A stretch of 64,000 nucleotides of DNA from Squalus acanthias (taxonomy: Eukaryota). The number at the start of each line of letters is the position of its first letter. The stretch's first letter is position 1. Location: positions 74,400,001 through 74,464,000 of the forward strand of contig CM059430.1 in the NCBI GenBank assembly GCA_030390025.1, written 5' to 3'. Position numbers and translations under genes: made by a program. Of this stretch, positions 11,908-25,300 are shown piece after piece. The notes below the pieces were generated by a model. It saw nothing but the letters and a program-made list of their open reading frames with translations. It ran no database searches and was not told the DNA's origin.

Positions 11908-14419
11908 TTTTTTCTTAATGTACATGCAGTAAAATGCAGTAGGAGAACACAGTGGCATGGGAAACTGGAGGACCTCACATTTTAATGCTGTAGTTGATGC
12001 GTCCACATTAAATGTTCACTCATCACCAACTGGTTAATCCAAGACTTCAGGAAGCATTTTTGCAAATAAATATTCCTGCCATGAAGTCCACTAAGGCACT
12101 CTAAGTGCATTTGCTTGCTCATTCCGTCCGGGTCCAATTTTTTGTTGCAACTCTGCTTCTTTTGTTGTTTCTAGATATCGGTACAGAATTTTAAGATCCA
12201 AGTTGATGAATACAAAATTCTTCGATTAGGGTCAGTGCCCGATTCCGGTCAGTCTTGATTTTCTGACCGGCATTTTAAGGATATTACTGAAGCACTGCAA
12301 GCTTCACCATTAAGAAAACCATACCATGCAAAGTGGAACATTGATGGAGTGTGTAGAGAGGACTGTAGCTGTACACATTGCTTAAATTGGTACGTCTCAG
12401 TTGGACTGGCAGTTATTAGTTTAGGTTTCCGCCATAGGTTCATGGGCCCCACAAGGAATACATGCAAATTTGAGGAGCATATTACAGGTTTTGGAGATAA
12501 TAGTAGTAAATGGCTAACATTAGGCATCATGTGTAAATTAATGAAGCCAAAATCAGTGCATGCTAGTGGGCACGTACATATAACGTGTTTCTGCTGACGC
12601 AGGAGGGGACATCCTTGAACAGTCCACTCAGGCAGGGCTGTGAGCATAGTTAACAGAATTCTGGATATTTGTGAAAGCTTATCGTTAACCACAATGCAAA
12701 CTAAACTAAAAACTAACAACGTACGATTTTAAGGTATCAACATGATTAACATAATGTAACGAAACTTTAGAGTATATTCATATTCAGAGTAGTAACATTG
12801 TTTAATAGCGGGCATAAACGTTAATGCGTCCTAATTGAATGTGGGCAGCTTTGTCTTAAGAAAACGGAGGTAAAGCGCAGGTCATATTAGATTCATCCAA
12901 CGGGCTGACTGCTTCCACGTATATAGACAATCTAACTTGCTTACTTACAATAACTGATTATTATTATTTTTTAATACATTTATAAAGAAGCTGGAATGTC
13001 GGGCTATTAAGTCAGGAGTTGATCTAGCGAAATCTTGCAGTGATGAGCCAGCCAGCAGTTTAAACCTTCTTATCAGTTTTTGTAGCGGCCAACCCTGATA
13101 GGCAGAAGCTCAGTCATATGTCATTAAAGTTGGGATAAACTGATAAGTTAAGTGGATATTTCTTGAGTCGACATGCGGATCGGTCTGCAGGTTGAACAAA
13201 ACTAGGGATCGAAAAACACGATCAATGCCATCGCTGGGTATCTGGAGTGTTTTCTCATTGATCGAAAGAAAAGTAAGAAACATGTTAAGTCAGCTATGAT
13301 TCTGGATCCAACCTTGGGTCTACAGCAATTGCACTGTCAGAAACACTGTTATTCGAACTGGAATTCAAAGATCAAGGACATAAAAATGTTAAACAGTTAC
13401 AGCAGCAATATGTGCAAGAACGTAAAGGTAAGAAATAGAACAATACCCCTCAGGAGTGGTCTGCACGCAAGCTCTGCTTAAGTTCTCTGTAGAAAGGGGC
13501 CGTCTACAAAAAGAAAATGAGGTAGGACAGAGTCAGAGAACAGAGGAATAAAATGAAGAATTGAAATATACAGTCGGTCAGACTGTACGATAAATGAAGG
13601 AATCTGATCCCATCACCAACCACGAGTCGCAGTCTTGTGGAAGCACAACAGCACACGAGGAACGAAAGTGGTACATCTATCACGCACTAACACAGAGTGG
13701 CGTCTGGTCTCTTAGCACCTCAACAATAACATTTTCATTGTCATTTTGAAATCTCTACACGGCTCACCACTCCCTAGCTCTGTAACCAGCTCCAACCATC
13801 TACAACCTCCTGAGAACTCTGTTCCTCCAACACAGGAATTACCTCCGAAAACCTTTCCACCCGCACTCCTACGTCTACTCCATTAAAAACATTTTAAAAC
13901 CAATGTCTTTGAACAAGATTTTAGTCACCTCTCCTAATGTTTCCTTTGCTTTATTGTCGATTATTTCCGGATACCTTTCGGAGAAGCGCCTGGGGACGTT
14001 TGCTCTATGATACAGGTGCAGTTCAACTAGGGATGGGCAATAAATTCTGGCCTTGAGAGCGAAGCCCAGATCCCATAAGCGAATAATTTAAAAAATGGCA
14101 ATTTGTTGTTCTGTAGCTAGCTTTGCATTGCCTTTCCTGGATATCCGGACATTTCCTCAAAATGTATGTGTCGAAGCTATGGGCAGATGATTGGAAGCGG
14201 CTTCTGTCGCAGCATTAGCTGCCTGACTTCCCTGCAGGGAACGTAGGCAATGTGTGTTTTCCATTGGGAGAGCTATTATCCATATATCGTGAAGGTACCA
14301 CAAATGGTATCGTCAAAATTATTGGCATAAATTCTCAACTTAAAATATGTTCTAGCAGAAAAGCGAACAAGAAACTAAATAAATCAGTTCGCAAATAGCC
14401 TTCAAAGTTGCTACAAAAA

Positions 14420-15200
14420 TTAATTTAGGAACAGAGGAATATAGGAACTTGAGTTGGCCACTTTGCTCCTCGAATGTGTTCCGCCAATCAAATCGATCAT
14501 GACTGAACTGAATCTCAGCTCAATTTACCCGCCTGAGTTTCGTATCCCTTAATATCTTTACCTAAGAAAAATGTATCAGTTTCAATATTGACATTTTTAA
14601 TTGACCTAGCCTGAACAGTTTTGTGAGGGAGTGAGTTCCGAATTTACACTAACTTGTGTGTGAGCAAGTGCTCCTGGCATCACTCCTGAACTTTTTAGCT
14701 CTAATTTTAGCTGAGGCCCCTTGTTTGAAAGCCTCCCATTAGAGGAAGTAGATTCTGCGAATCATTTTATTCTGCTCCTTTAGATCACCCCTAAAACTTC
14801 TGTACTCAAGGCAATATAAGCCTAGTTTCTGCAACCTGTTCCTATAATTAACACTTTTAGCCGGTATAATTCTGATGAATCTATGCTGCATCCCTTCCAA
14901 GGCCAGTACAGCCTTCCTGAGGTCCGGTGCCTAGAAGTGAATGTAGTACTCCAGATGCAATGTAACCAGAGGGTTATACAACTGCAGCAAACGTCCACCC
15001 CTTGTATTCCAGCTCCCTTCAGATGAATGTAAACAATATATCAGCCGTTTCAATTATTTTGTAGCTATCCAGTAGCTTCGAATGATCTCTCGACATGAAG
15101 CCGTAAATTTCTCTGCTCCTCCACAGTTCCTAGCTTTTCACCATTTATAAAATAACCTGATTTCTCTTTCTTACGGCCAAATTGGATGACCTTACAGCTT
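14420..15200 (-). mobile_element. Decayed CR1 3' fragment
   Basis: Similar to the 3' ends of the other CR1 copies (ggaatataggaacttgagttggcc tail, RT C-terminal remnants). Confidence 0.65.
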
Positions 15201-16725
15201 CAGTATAACACATTTAGCGTCACATCTGTAAACCGGAAACTTCAGTGGCCGTGGACTGTCATTTTCAAGAATAGTTCTGCACTGGCATTAATGCAATGAC
15301 ATTGAATGACTGTCTAATTTACTTCATATATAATTAACTTTAATAGAATTCAGTGAAAACTGGTGGATACTTCAGGTGTCTTTGCAAAATTTATTGGAAA
15401 ACTGGAACGTTCAACAAACAGTCCAGACATTTATTACAAGTTAACTACTACGTTTTTCGAATATCATCCAGTCACTTTGTGCTCAATCAATCATATGTAA
15501 ACCTTTGCAAAGTTAACCCTATTTGCAGCTATTTTACATACCTGGTTTAACATGCAATAATATAATGAAACACTAAATGGTTTTGAACCAGTTAATGAAA
15601 GTTTAGTATATTAATAACAATGAATCGAGTAATTAAATGGAGAAAAATTATTTGAACATTTTCTGTAAAATACTGAATAACTGGCTTAAAATTGATGTAG
15701 AATGGTGTATAAGTAACATAATTTTGTTGCATTACGCCGAAGATGGAAATCTACTGCTTCGTGCAAAGATGAGTAACTGGCTAACGTCTAATATATAAAA
15801 TTCTTATTGCGGGTTTAGCTATGCATGTTAATGATGGGATTTCATCACCAAAATTACAAATATAAGCAGCACTTTGGGATTTTGCAAACTTTCTTAGAAG
15901 GGTAGATCAATATATATTTGAGAAACTGTCCCTGATTATTCTTTAATTCAGTGCTAGCCGTTAAATATATATGGAAATGTTGGAATTCGCATCGTGTTAT
16001 TGTTTTTTCTCGCTCCTCAGGTCTTCTCTCCGAAACCAAGGTACTTCATTAAACAAATGACTGGCTTTCTGCAGTATATTCGAACTGAAGCACTCAATCA
16101 TATAATTGATTAATTCGTGATTCTACGTTTTTCTTCTGAGAACAAATGATTGTACACATTCTTGATCTAGGCAAGAGAGATACTGAACACAAAATAACCA
16201 GCACAGGATGAATATTAAACTCTTGATATAAGAACCTACACGTGCTTTCATACATTATGAGGCTATGTCAACCTTTTTACTAACATTCTGCAGGGACGGA
16301 GGAGTTTGGGAACTCTTGCCAGTGACTCGTCTATTATTCACTTTAGATTTCTACCTGCCTGGTTCATGTATATTGATTTATGTGGTCCCGAATGTGCAGC
16401 CATAAGAAGCATACCTCAAAATAATAATGGAGGGATATTACGCCTTAGTGTTTGTCAATTTTCAGAACACACAGTTGTCTCATATTAATCTCATTACAAA
16501 AAAATTAGTGCACGATTCAAAATGATAATGTTGCAGCAGGAAGTAAAGCTGATCCGGGACAGGAAATAAAAGTGTCAGATTTCTGGTGTTGAGCATTGCT
16601 GGAAGAATATATAGATGTATTTTTTATTTTGATGTTTATGTTTTCTTCATTTTGGTAGCAATATTTCTTCCCCTGCTCATCCTGATGGATACGCTATTAA
16701 TACGACACTTAGATGGGTGCACTTT

Positions 16726-16751
16726 CCGAGTACTTACGTGGCTCGGCCACG
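16726..16751 (-). ncRNA. R2 3' UTR H-type pseudoknot
   Basis: Minus strand CGTGG-CCGAG-CCACG-TAAGTA-CTCGG: two perfect 5-bp interlocked stems, followed by AAAG. Confidence 0.75.
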
Positions 16752-17463
16752 AGGTCACGTCCGGCGAAATGGCACAGCCAAGGGGGAGGCGAGGCGGGGG
16801 TAATTGGGTTTTAGGGTAGTATAGGCGGCTATGACTATATGTTTTTTCAAAAATGTTGGTCCTCAAAGTGTCACCAAGCTTTGGAATACACCTCCCTATT
16901 GGGAAATGCCGGGTCTATTGGCCGAACAGTTATTTGCAGTGTTTGCCTTATAGCCTGCCATCATTTGAAGCTTGCAATTCATTAACATTGCAGATGCGGC
17001 TAACACTTATTCTAACTTATACTATGCAGAATGAGACTATTGTATCTAAGTACTAATTCTAATATAATAACGACTTAAAGAAAATCCGTATTATGGTTTT
17101 AACTCCTTAGTTCCCGTTATAAGGCCATGCATTAAAGTGGCACTAATTAGGAGTCCATGAAAATTTGAAGCATTTTCCGTGTCAACAGTAATGTCAGTCT
17201 TGACGTTTCATTAGCGAAGGCTTTGTTTCGTTCAATTTTGAAGAACTTCTTCAGGGCGTTGCAAGTCTAAGTCTAGCCTTATATCTTCGATTACGAATGC
17301 AAAGAATTTTATATTGGATCCATTTGTCATCTCTTTAGTTACAAATTCCTGATGTTTATATGTGTCTTTCTTCTCGTCCCATGTCTTCTTCAGGGACATG
17401 TTATTATCCTCGTACCGTATCGTCACATCGACTACCGCGACATCATCACCATTCTGAAATATT

Positions 17464-18221
17464 GCCCGTATTTTCCGATCCCCACGGGTGTGTAGGAGGT
17501 GTGTACACACAGGTCGGGATCCCGGAAATGCAGGCTTCAGCCATGCGAAGCGCATGCGCTGAAAACCGGCATTTCCGATCTGTCAAGAATCCTCTTGACA
17601 GATCGGACGCCTGCCCTGGAGAAGGGATCTCTGCCCGTGGAAAGTTCCACTTTCTGCAGAACCTCCGCTCGCTGAAATCACTTAAAAATTTTACGCCTGT
17701 CAAAAGCAGGCGTACGGCCTGCTTTTAACAGCATAAGATTTTAAAAAAGGATAAAAAATATTTTTCCACTCATTTATAATTTTAAAATAGTTTAAAAAAG
17801 AGGTATGTTTATTTTTAGCCCCTAGAAAACTTTCATTACTTTTTTCAAAAGATTAAATATTTGTTTAAAATATTTAAATTAATGTAATTTTAACTCATTT
17901 TAAAAACGTCTTGGTTTTTTAATATTTATTTCAGGTTTTGCTTTATTTTTTTGTGATCCCCATTCATACTTTAAACAGGTCTATCTGTCAAAATTATGAC
18001 GAGGGATTTCCTTCTCCCATTGGCTCGCCTGGCCCACGTGTTCCCCGGGACGCTTGCGATCGGCATGCGGCCCTGGAATATATGGGCCCTGCGCATTTCG
18101 GCTGTGGAGAGGCCCAGGATTGGAAATGGCCGGTACTCGGGAATCTTCAGGTAAGGGCTTAGACTTTTCCCCGATAGGAGGCATCCGCACGCAGGAATCC
18201 TCCTGACGGAAATTACGGGCC
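17464..18221. mobile_element. Harbinger-like MITE, family 2, inserted in the R2 endonuclease
   Basis: Ends GCCCGTATTTTCC / GGAAATTACGGGCC; TSD ATT (17461-17463, 18222-18224); splits PDI|FQNGDD. Confidence 0.9.
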
Positions 18222-19741
18222 ATTATGTCGGGATTCCAAAGTTTGCCGTCTGAGAATTTGAGTGCGCGATCGATGTAGGCTGTCCAGTCAGATCTACTGA
18301 TCTTTTCCTTCAGCCTTTCGATAACCTTGTTGTGTCTCTTTATCTTTGCGTTCTTAACTGAGCGACAGCTTCCTGTTATATGGGATAGGTTTTCCTTGGC
18401 AGCACCGCAGTTCCTGCAGAGTTTTGTTGATGCGATCCTTCTGAGTGGAAGTGGCTATCTGGTGTGGTAGATATTGAATCTTAGTAGTAGAGCATTGATC
18501 AAGTTACATTGTTTCATTTTACTGTTTAAACTGAGCCAATTGTTTGAGATATTGTTGAGATATTGTTGTTAGGATAGCAAGCCAGTCCTGAGTCTTGGTA
18601 TTGGAGTTTTGCCCATTTTTCGAACTCCAAGCTTCTCCATTCTAAGTATTCGTTTATTTTGGTATTCCTTTTGCTTAGCCGGTCGTCGAGTACTATATGT
18701 TGTAGTAGTTCTGCTATGTCTGGTTCTAGATCTTCCGTTTCTGTACCGCTGTCCTCAGTGAATACTTTATTCGATTATCCTTCGTGCAGGTTTGCCTCTT
18801 TGAGTTCTTTAAGGTGTTTTCGTTTTTCGACGTTGCCTTTGTTGTTTGTTCCACAATACTTGAATGAGGCTCTTATGATAGGATCGTTTGACTTCTCCAA
18901 GACATCAAGTTTCCTTATTATCGACGATGGTATCTGCATTTCCAATTTGTGTAGGCTCAATCTCCCGTCTCTTGTTCTTCAGTAGAGTGTTCCGTCGGAG
19001 ATATCTTTGGTTAAGTGGAGAATTTCCTTGATAACATTTTTAATTATTCGGTCCAGAAAGTTAGTGTAATCTGTGATACCTCTGAGAGAATAAGATCGTA
19101 GTAGATTCTCGGTATCAGTTGTGTTTTTAAAATCACAATCATCTGAGTGGGTTTGAGTTCAATTTCTTTCAGATGGTGTACCGAATTTGAAAGTTTTTTC
19201 TGGCCACTTATCTTCAGTGACATCTGACCAGTGATCGATCTGAGCACGAAGATATTTTTCCATTGATCCTGGCGTTATGTAATCCAGTTATTTACTGTCT
19301 ATGGCCCCTTTCCTTCATTGGTTATATAGGAAAGTCTTGTTACTAGAATTCATTTCGAACCCAGCAGTGTTTTTACGTTAATTTCCAGTCCTGTTTTCTT
19401 GCAGAACGTCTCCAACATGGAAACGTTTTTGATGATCTCGGCGTGGGTGTCGCTAAATCGTGCGATGCAGTCAGCGATTGAAGTATTGTGCATTTCCTTG
19501 TACTGTTGTTATTTCCCATCCGTACGCCGGCACCATCCTTTGTAGTGAACATAGGAATGGGTCCAACGTTATGTTGAACAAAAGAGGAGAAAGAGAGTCG
19601 CCTTGTTTGATCCCTTTCTGATGATTATTGGACCTGTAATTTCCCTGTCTCCTTCGATAATCGTAGTTCCGGGGAACACGTTTTCAATCAGTTTAAAGAA
19701 CTGCTTGTTCAGCCCCATCCTGGCCAGACGTTCGATATCAA

Positions 19742-21100
19742 AATAAAAACAGAAAATGCTGGGGATATTCAGCAGGTAAGGCAGCATCTGTGAAGAGCGA
19801 AACAGTGTTAACGTTTCAGATCGATGACCTTTCGGCAGATCTGAAAAATAGCAGGAAATGGAACAGATTACTAGGCAAGTGAAGGAGCTGGGAAAGTGGG
19901 GAGGTGATGAAAGAACCAGAGGTATGGTCTGTGATAGGATATAAGGCCATGATGTGGAGATGCCGGCGTTGGACTAGGGTGGACAAAAATGAGAAGTCGC
20001 ACAACACCAGGTTATAGTCCAACAGATTTATTTAAAATGACTGCAGGATAAAATATAAGGTAGGAGAGGTTGAGAGACATTAAAATACATTAAGAGATAT
20101 TCAAGGCAAAAGGAGATGGTAAGGGGACAGGTTAAGAAACAAAAGATGGCTCTAGATGAAGACTGAATTGCGCTAGCAGACTGAAAGTTAGCTGCCATGT
20201 GGGAGAGAAGAAAATAAAACACAACCAAAAAAAGGTGTGGATAAAATCTATATATATAAGATAGGGGCCGAGGTTATGATCTAAAATTGTTGAACTCTAT
20301 TTGAATCCAGAAGGCTGTAAAGTGCCTAATCGAAAGATGAGTTGCTGTTCCTCGAGCTTACGTTGAGCTTCAGTGGAACAATGTAAGAGGCCAAGGATGG
20401 TGAGGTCTGAGTTGAGGTGGAGCGGACAATTGAAGTGACAGGCGAACGGAAGCTCAGGGTCCCCCTTACGAACAGCATGGAGGTGTTCCACAAAGTGGTC
20501 ACCCAATCTGCGTTTGCTCTCCCCAGTGTAGAGGAGTACGCATCGTGAGCAGCCTATACAGTATAATAAATTGCAAGAAGTACAAGTAAATCACTGTTTC
20601 ACCTAGAAAGGATGTTTGGGGCCCTGGACCGTGGGAAGGGGGGAGGTACAAGCGCATGTGTTGCATCTCCTTCTCATGCACGTGAAGATGCCGGGCGAAG
20701 GGGTAGGTGTGTTGGGGGTGATAGAGGAGTGGACCAGGGTGTCGCGGAGTGAGCGGTCCCTTCAGAATGCTGAAAGGGGAGGTGAGGGGAAGATGTGTTT
20801 GATGGTGAGATCACGCTGGACGTGGCAGAAATGGTGGAGAATGATCCGTTGAATGAGGAGGCTGGTGGGGTGAAAGATGAGGACAAGGGGAACCATATCG
20901 TGGTTCCGGGAGGGAGGGGCAGGTTGAGCACAGAATTTCGGGAGATAGAATGGACACGGTCAAGGGCCGTGTCAACCACAGTAGAGGGGAATCCTTGGTT
21001 GAGGAAAAAGGAAGACATGTCGGAACCACTGGTATGAAAGGTAACATCGTCAGAGCAGATACGGCGGAGACGGAGGAACTGGGATAATATCAATGTTAAT
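19742..21100 (-). mobile_element. Penelope-like element (GIY-YIG endonuclease region plus pLTR) inserted in the R2 RT
   Basis: ORF GDHFVEHLHAVRKGDPELPFACHFN...QRKLEEQQLIFRLGTLQPSG; SQFLRLRRICSDD; 11-bp TSD TTCGATATCAA (19731-19741, 21101-21111). Confidence 0.88.
19947..20052. mobile_element. Short Penelope pLTR-derived insertion nested in the Penelope element
   Basis: TSD ATATAAGG (19939-19946, 20053-20060); same sequence as part of 60548-60798. Confidence 0.7.
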
Positions 21101-22190
21101 TTCGATATCAATTTGTGAGCAACAGAGTCGAATGCCTTGGCCAGGTCCAGGAAAACCACAGCCAGTTATTTTCGGTTGGTCTCCGCTCTTTTTATAATGT
21201 TTTTGATTATGTCTATGTTCGACTGACCTCAAGTTGCTGCCGCTAAGAAGCCGTTGCGTCTGAGATTTAAGCTGATAGCTTAATCTTTATGTGATGATTT
21301 TGATAAACGTACGGAGCAGTATGTGGCCTATTGTTATTGTTCTCCAGTTATCTAAGCTTTTGAGGAGCTCTGGGTCTTCTGATTTATGGATAAGCAATGT
21401 GCCACGTTATTCACACTATCTGAAATGGTTTCTGGGGGAAGGCGTAATTAATTCTTTTCTCGTTCCTTTATTTAGCATTCTGTGCCATTCATGCTGGCTT
21501 AACCCACTGTGCGTGTTAAATGTCTTGTGACGAATTGTGCATTGATAATCTTCTGTTTGTTCGGACTCCGAACTCCTTTTATATTTCCTATAGTGGCAGG
21601 CGGTGGCATGGTAATCGCCTTTTTGTTACATTGAGGAAAATAGTTGATTAAGTTTGAAGAATTACATTCTATTTATTAAATGAACTAATTGCGTTAAACA
21701 TCGCTCTACAGGAAATGCTGAATCATATGTCTATTGGTGAGTGAATGTCAAGCTCGCTCTGATTCTTGTGATTATTTTTGGGTTCCATTCTAACCCTTTC
21801 GCAATAGGGAACATCTATTGTATTTATTAAATCCTCAATGTCGTGTATCTCACTATTGGTATTTCAATTCTGCTATACGGCGGAATTTTGAGGCCAGAAT
21901 TGTAAAACGTAACTCTAGGTCTGTAATTATCATTTTCTTCAGCTTTATTATCATTTCTATAACGACCGCAATTGGTATACTCTTGGGGACTAGAAATGGT
22001 CGTATAATGCGTTCCGCATTGGTGTATATATATGCGGATTTCAGTGCTTGTCTGGCAGGGGTAGAGCTCGCGAACTCGAAGCTTTTGCGCTTCATGTACA
22101 TTGTCGCTGGACGAATGGAGACAATGTCGGGGACAGTGTGCTCCCGGGCCTTGTTCCAATCGGAATGGTAACACTTGAGGGGTTGTCCGT

Positions 22191-22355
22191 GAGAGTTCAA
22201 AAGCAGTGGGAGCAGAGCGAGAGCGCCAAAACCCGGTAGAGTTCAAAAGCAGCGGGAGCAGAGCTGGAGCGCCAAAACCCGGGAGAGTTCAAAAGCAGCG
22301 GGAGCAGAGCGAGAGCGTCAAAACCCGGGAGAGTTGAAAAGCAGCCGGAGCAGGC
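22191..22355 (+). repeat. 46-bp tandem repeat, about 3.6 copies, in the CR1 5' UTR
   Basis: Unit gagagttcaaaagcagcgggagcagagcgagagcgccaaaacccgg at 22191, 22237, 22283 and 22329. Confidence 0.9.
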
Positions 22356-25300
22356 TGAGATGCAAAGGACCGGTGAATGTAAAGATGTAGAAAATAATCG
22401 TAGTGTGACGTCATGAGTAGTTCTCTATTTCTCGCTTTTTTTCCAAACTTGAGCGTCTAAATTTAAGTGCCTTGGTGTAGATTAAAAGGTATAAGTGTTC
22501 CAAATTTTAAAACTAATTACTTAATTGAGATGAGAGAACAGGCAATGTATTGTTGTTGTTGCATGTGGGAGCTCTTGGACAGAAGTGAGGGCCAGTAGTA
22601 CTACATCTGCAGCAAATGTTGGCTGCTCGAGGAACTTCGGCTCAGAATTATCGAGCTGGAGTCTGAGCTTCAGATCCTGCGACATATTAGGGAAGGGGTT
22701 CGTTACCTGGACACTACGTTCCAGGAGGCAGTCACACCCACTAGAATAATTACTTCCAAGTTGGCCCATGGTCTGGGACAGGAGGCTGTGACTACAAGCA
22801 AGGCACCTACCGGGATCCAGGAGGTAGTGGCAGAGGAGCCTCAGCCCTTGGCTTTGTCCAACATGTACGAAATTCTTGCTCCCTGTGTGGTCGAGGCCAG
22901 GGACTGCAGGGAGGATGAGCAAACTGACCACAGCACCGTGGTACAGGGAGCGATTCAAGTGGGGGTAGCAAAAAGAAATGTTGTAGTGATTGGGGACAGT
23001 ATAGTGAGGGGGATAGATACTGTTATCTGCAGCCGAGAGCGTAAGTCCCGAAGGCTGCGTTGCCTGATGGTGACAGAGTTAAGGAAATCTCCTCTGGGCT
23101 GGAGAGAAAATTGGAGTAGGAGGGGGAAGATCCAGTTTTCATGTTCCGTGTAGGTACCAATGACATAGGTAGGACAAAGAAAGAGATTCTGCTGAGAGAG
23201 TATGAGCAGCTAGGGCCGAAATTAAAAATCAGAACCACAAAGGTAATAACAGCTGGATTTCGACCTGTGCCACAAGCGAATTTGCATAGGTTAAATAAGA
23301 TCAGAGAAATGAACGAGTGGCTCACAGACTGATGTGGGAGAAATAGGTTTCGATTTGTGGGGGACTGGCACCAGTACTGGGATAAGAGGGAGTTGTACCA
23401 TTTGGACGGGCGTCACTTGAACCATGCTGGGGCTAGATTCCTGGCAAATCGAACAACTAGGGCTGTAGAGAGAGTCTTTAAACTAAATAGTGGGGGGGGG
23501 AGGATCCTGGTGAGCGGGAAAAGAAAAAGTCAATGTGAAATGAGAAAGCAACAGAGCAGGCTAGAGACGGGGGAAATAACAACCAGAGTGTGACAGGAAG
23601 GGACAGAATGTTTACAAATAAAGAGTGCAACAGAAACAAGACCAAAACAAGGAAAAATGGTAAAAAGACAAAGTTAAAAGCTCTATATCTGAATGCACGC
23701 AGCATTCGTAACAAGATAAATGAGTTGACGGCACAAATAGATACAAATGAGTTTGATCTTATCGCCATTACAAAGACGTGTTTGCAAGGTGACCAGGGCT
23801 GGGAACTGAATATTCCAGGTATATGATATTTCGGAAGAATAGAAAGAAAAGAAAGGGAGGTGGGGTGGCTTTGTTGGTATAAGATGGGAGCAGTGGTGAG
23901 AAGTCATATTGGCTCAGAAGATCAAGATGTAGAATCGGTTTGGGTGGAGCTAAAAAATAATAAAGGGAAAAAGTCTCTGGTGGGCGTAATCTACAGGCCC
24001 CCGAACAATAGCAATGCTGTTGGATAGAGTATACATCAACAAATAATGGAGGCCTGTAGAAGGTACGGTAATAATCATGGGTGATTTTAATCTGCATATT
24101 GATTGGACAAATCAAATTGGCCATTGTCGCCGAGAGGAGGAGTTTGTAACGGAATCAACCAGGAAGCAGGCTATCTTGGATCTGGTACTATGTAATGAGA
24201 GATAATTAATAAATAATCTCATAGCAAAGGATCCTCTACGAAAGAGTGATCATAGCATCGTTGAATTTCAAATTCAGTTGGAGGGTGAGAAAGTTGTATC
24301 CCAAACCAGTGTCCTGATCTTAAACAAAGGCAATTATAATATCATGAGGGCAGAACTGGCTAAAGTGAACTGGAAAACCAAATTAAAGGCTAAGAAAGTC
24401 GAAATGCAGTGGCAGACATTTAAGGAGATATTTCATAACTCTCAACAAAAATATAATGCACTGAGAAAGAAAGATTTTAAGAGAAGGGAGCACCATCCGT
24501 GGCTCACTAAGGAAGTTAACAATGGTATCAAATTGAAACCGAAGTCATGCAATGTTGCACAGATTGTTGGGAGTCCAGAGGATTGGGAAATGTTTAAAAT
24601 CCAGCAACGGATGACTAAAAAACTAATAAAGAGAGAGAAGTCGAATTATGAGAGTAAGCTGGCAAGAAACATTAAAACGGAGAGTAAGTTTTTCTACAGG
24701 TCTATAAAAAGGAAGAGGGTAGATAAAGTAAACGTTGGTCCCTTAGAGGATGAGACTGGGGAATTACTAATGGGGAACGGGGAAATGGCAGAGACTCTGA
24801 ACAAATATTTAGCATCTGTCTTCACTGCACAAGACACTAACAACATTCCAATAATGACTAATCAAGGGACCACAGGGAGAGGGGAACTAAAGACAATAAC
24901 TATCACTTTGGAAATAGTACTCGGTAAAATAATGGGACTAAAAGACGACAATCGCCTGGACCAGATGGCCTGCATCCCACGGTCTTAAAAGAAGTGGCTG
25001 CAGAGTTAGTCGATGCATTGTTTGCAATATACCAAAATTCCCTGGATTCTATGGAGTTCCCAGCGGATTGGAAGACCGCTAATGTAACACCTCTATTTAA
25101 GAAAGGAGGGAGACAGAAAGCAGAAAACTATCGACCAGTTAGCCTAACATCTCTCGTTGGGAAAATGCTGGAGTTCATCATTAATGAAGCAGTAGCAGGG
25201 CATTTAGAAAAACATACTGCAGTCAAACAGAATCAGCATGGTTTTAGGAAAGCGAAATCATGCTTGACAAATTTGCTGGATTTCTTTGAGGAGGTAACAC

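Larger units (their letters stand above)
1..14180 (+). repeat. Segmental duplication unit, copy A (paralogous to ~44490-64000)
   Basis: Long colinear matches by eye, e.g. 241 actcattctcttggaattactgcagagtttcctgccaac vs ~44745; 2357-2520 vs 50040-50200; 12180-12760 vs 62280-62860; 13600-14170 vs 63500-64000. Confidence 0.95.

Noticed and set aside
16021-16360. Possible plus-strand micro-exons (16021-16040 and from ~16294)
   Set aside because: Splice-like signals only; no supporting upstream exons or recognisable product.
22191-22355. CRISPR-like array
   Set aside because: No unique spacers; a typical CR1 5' UTR tandem repeat.
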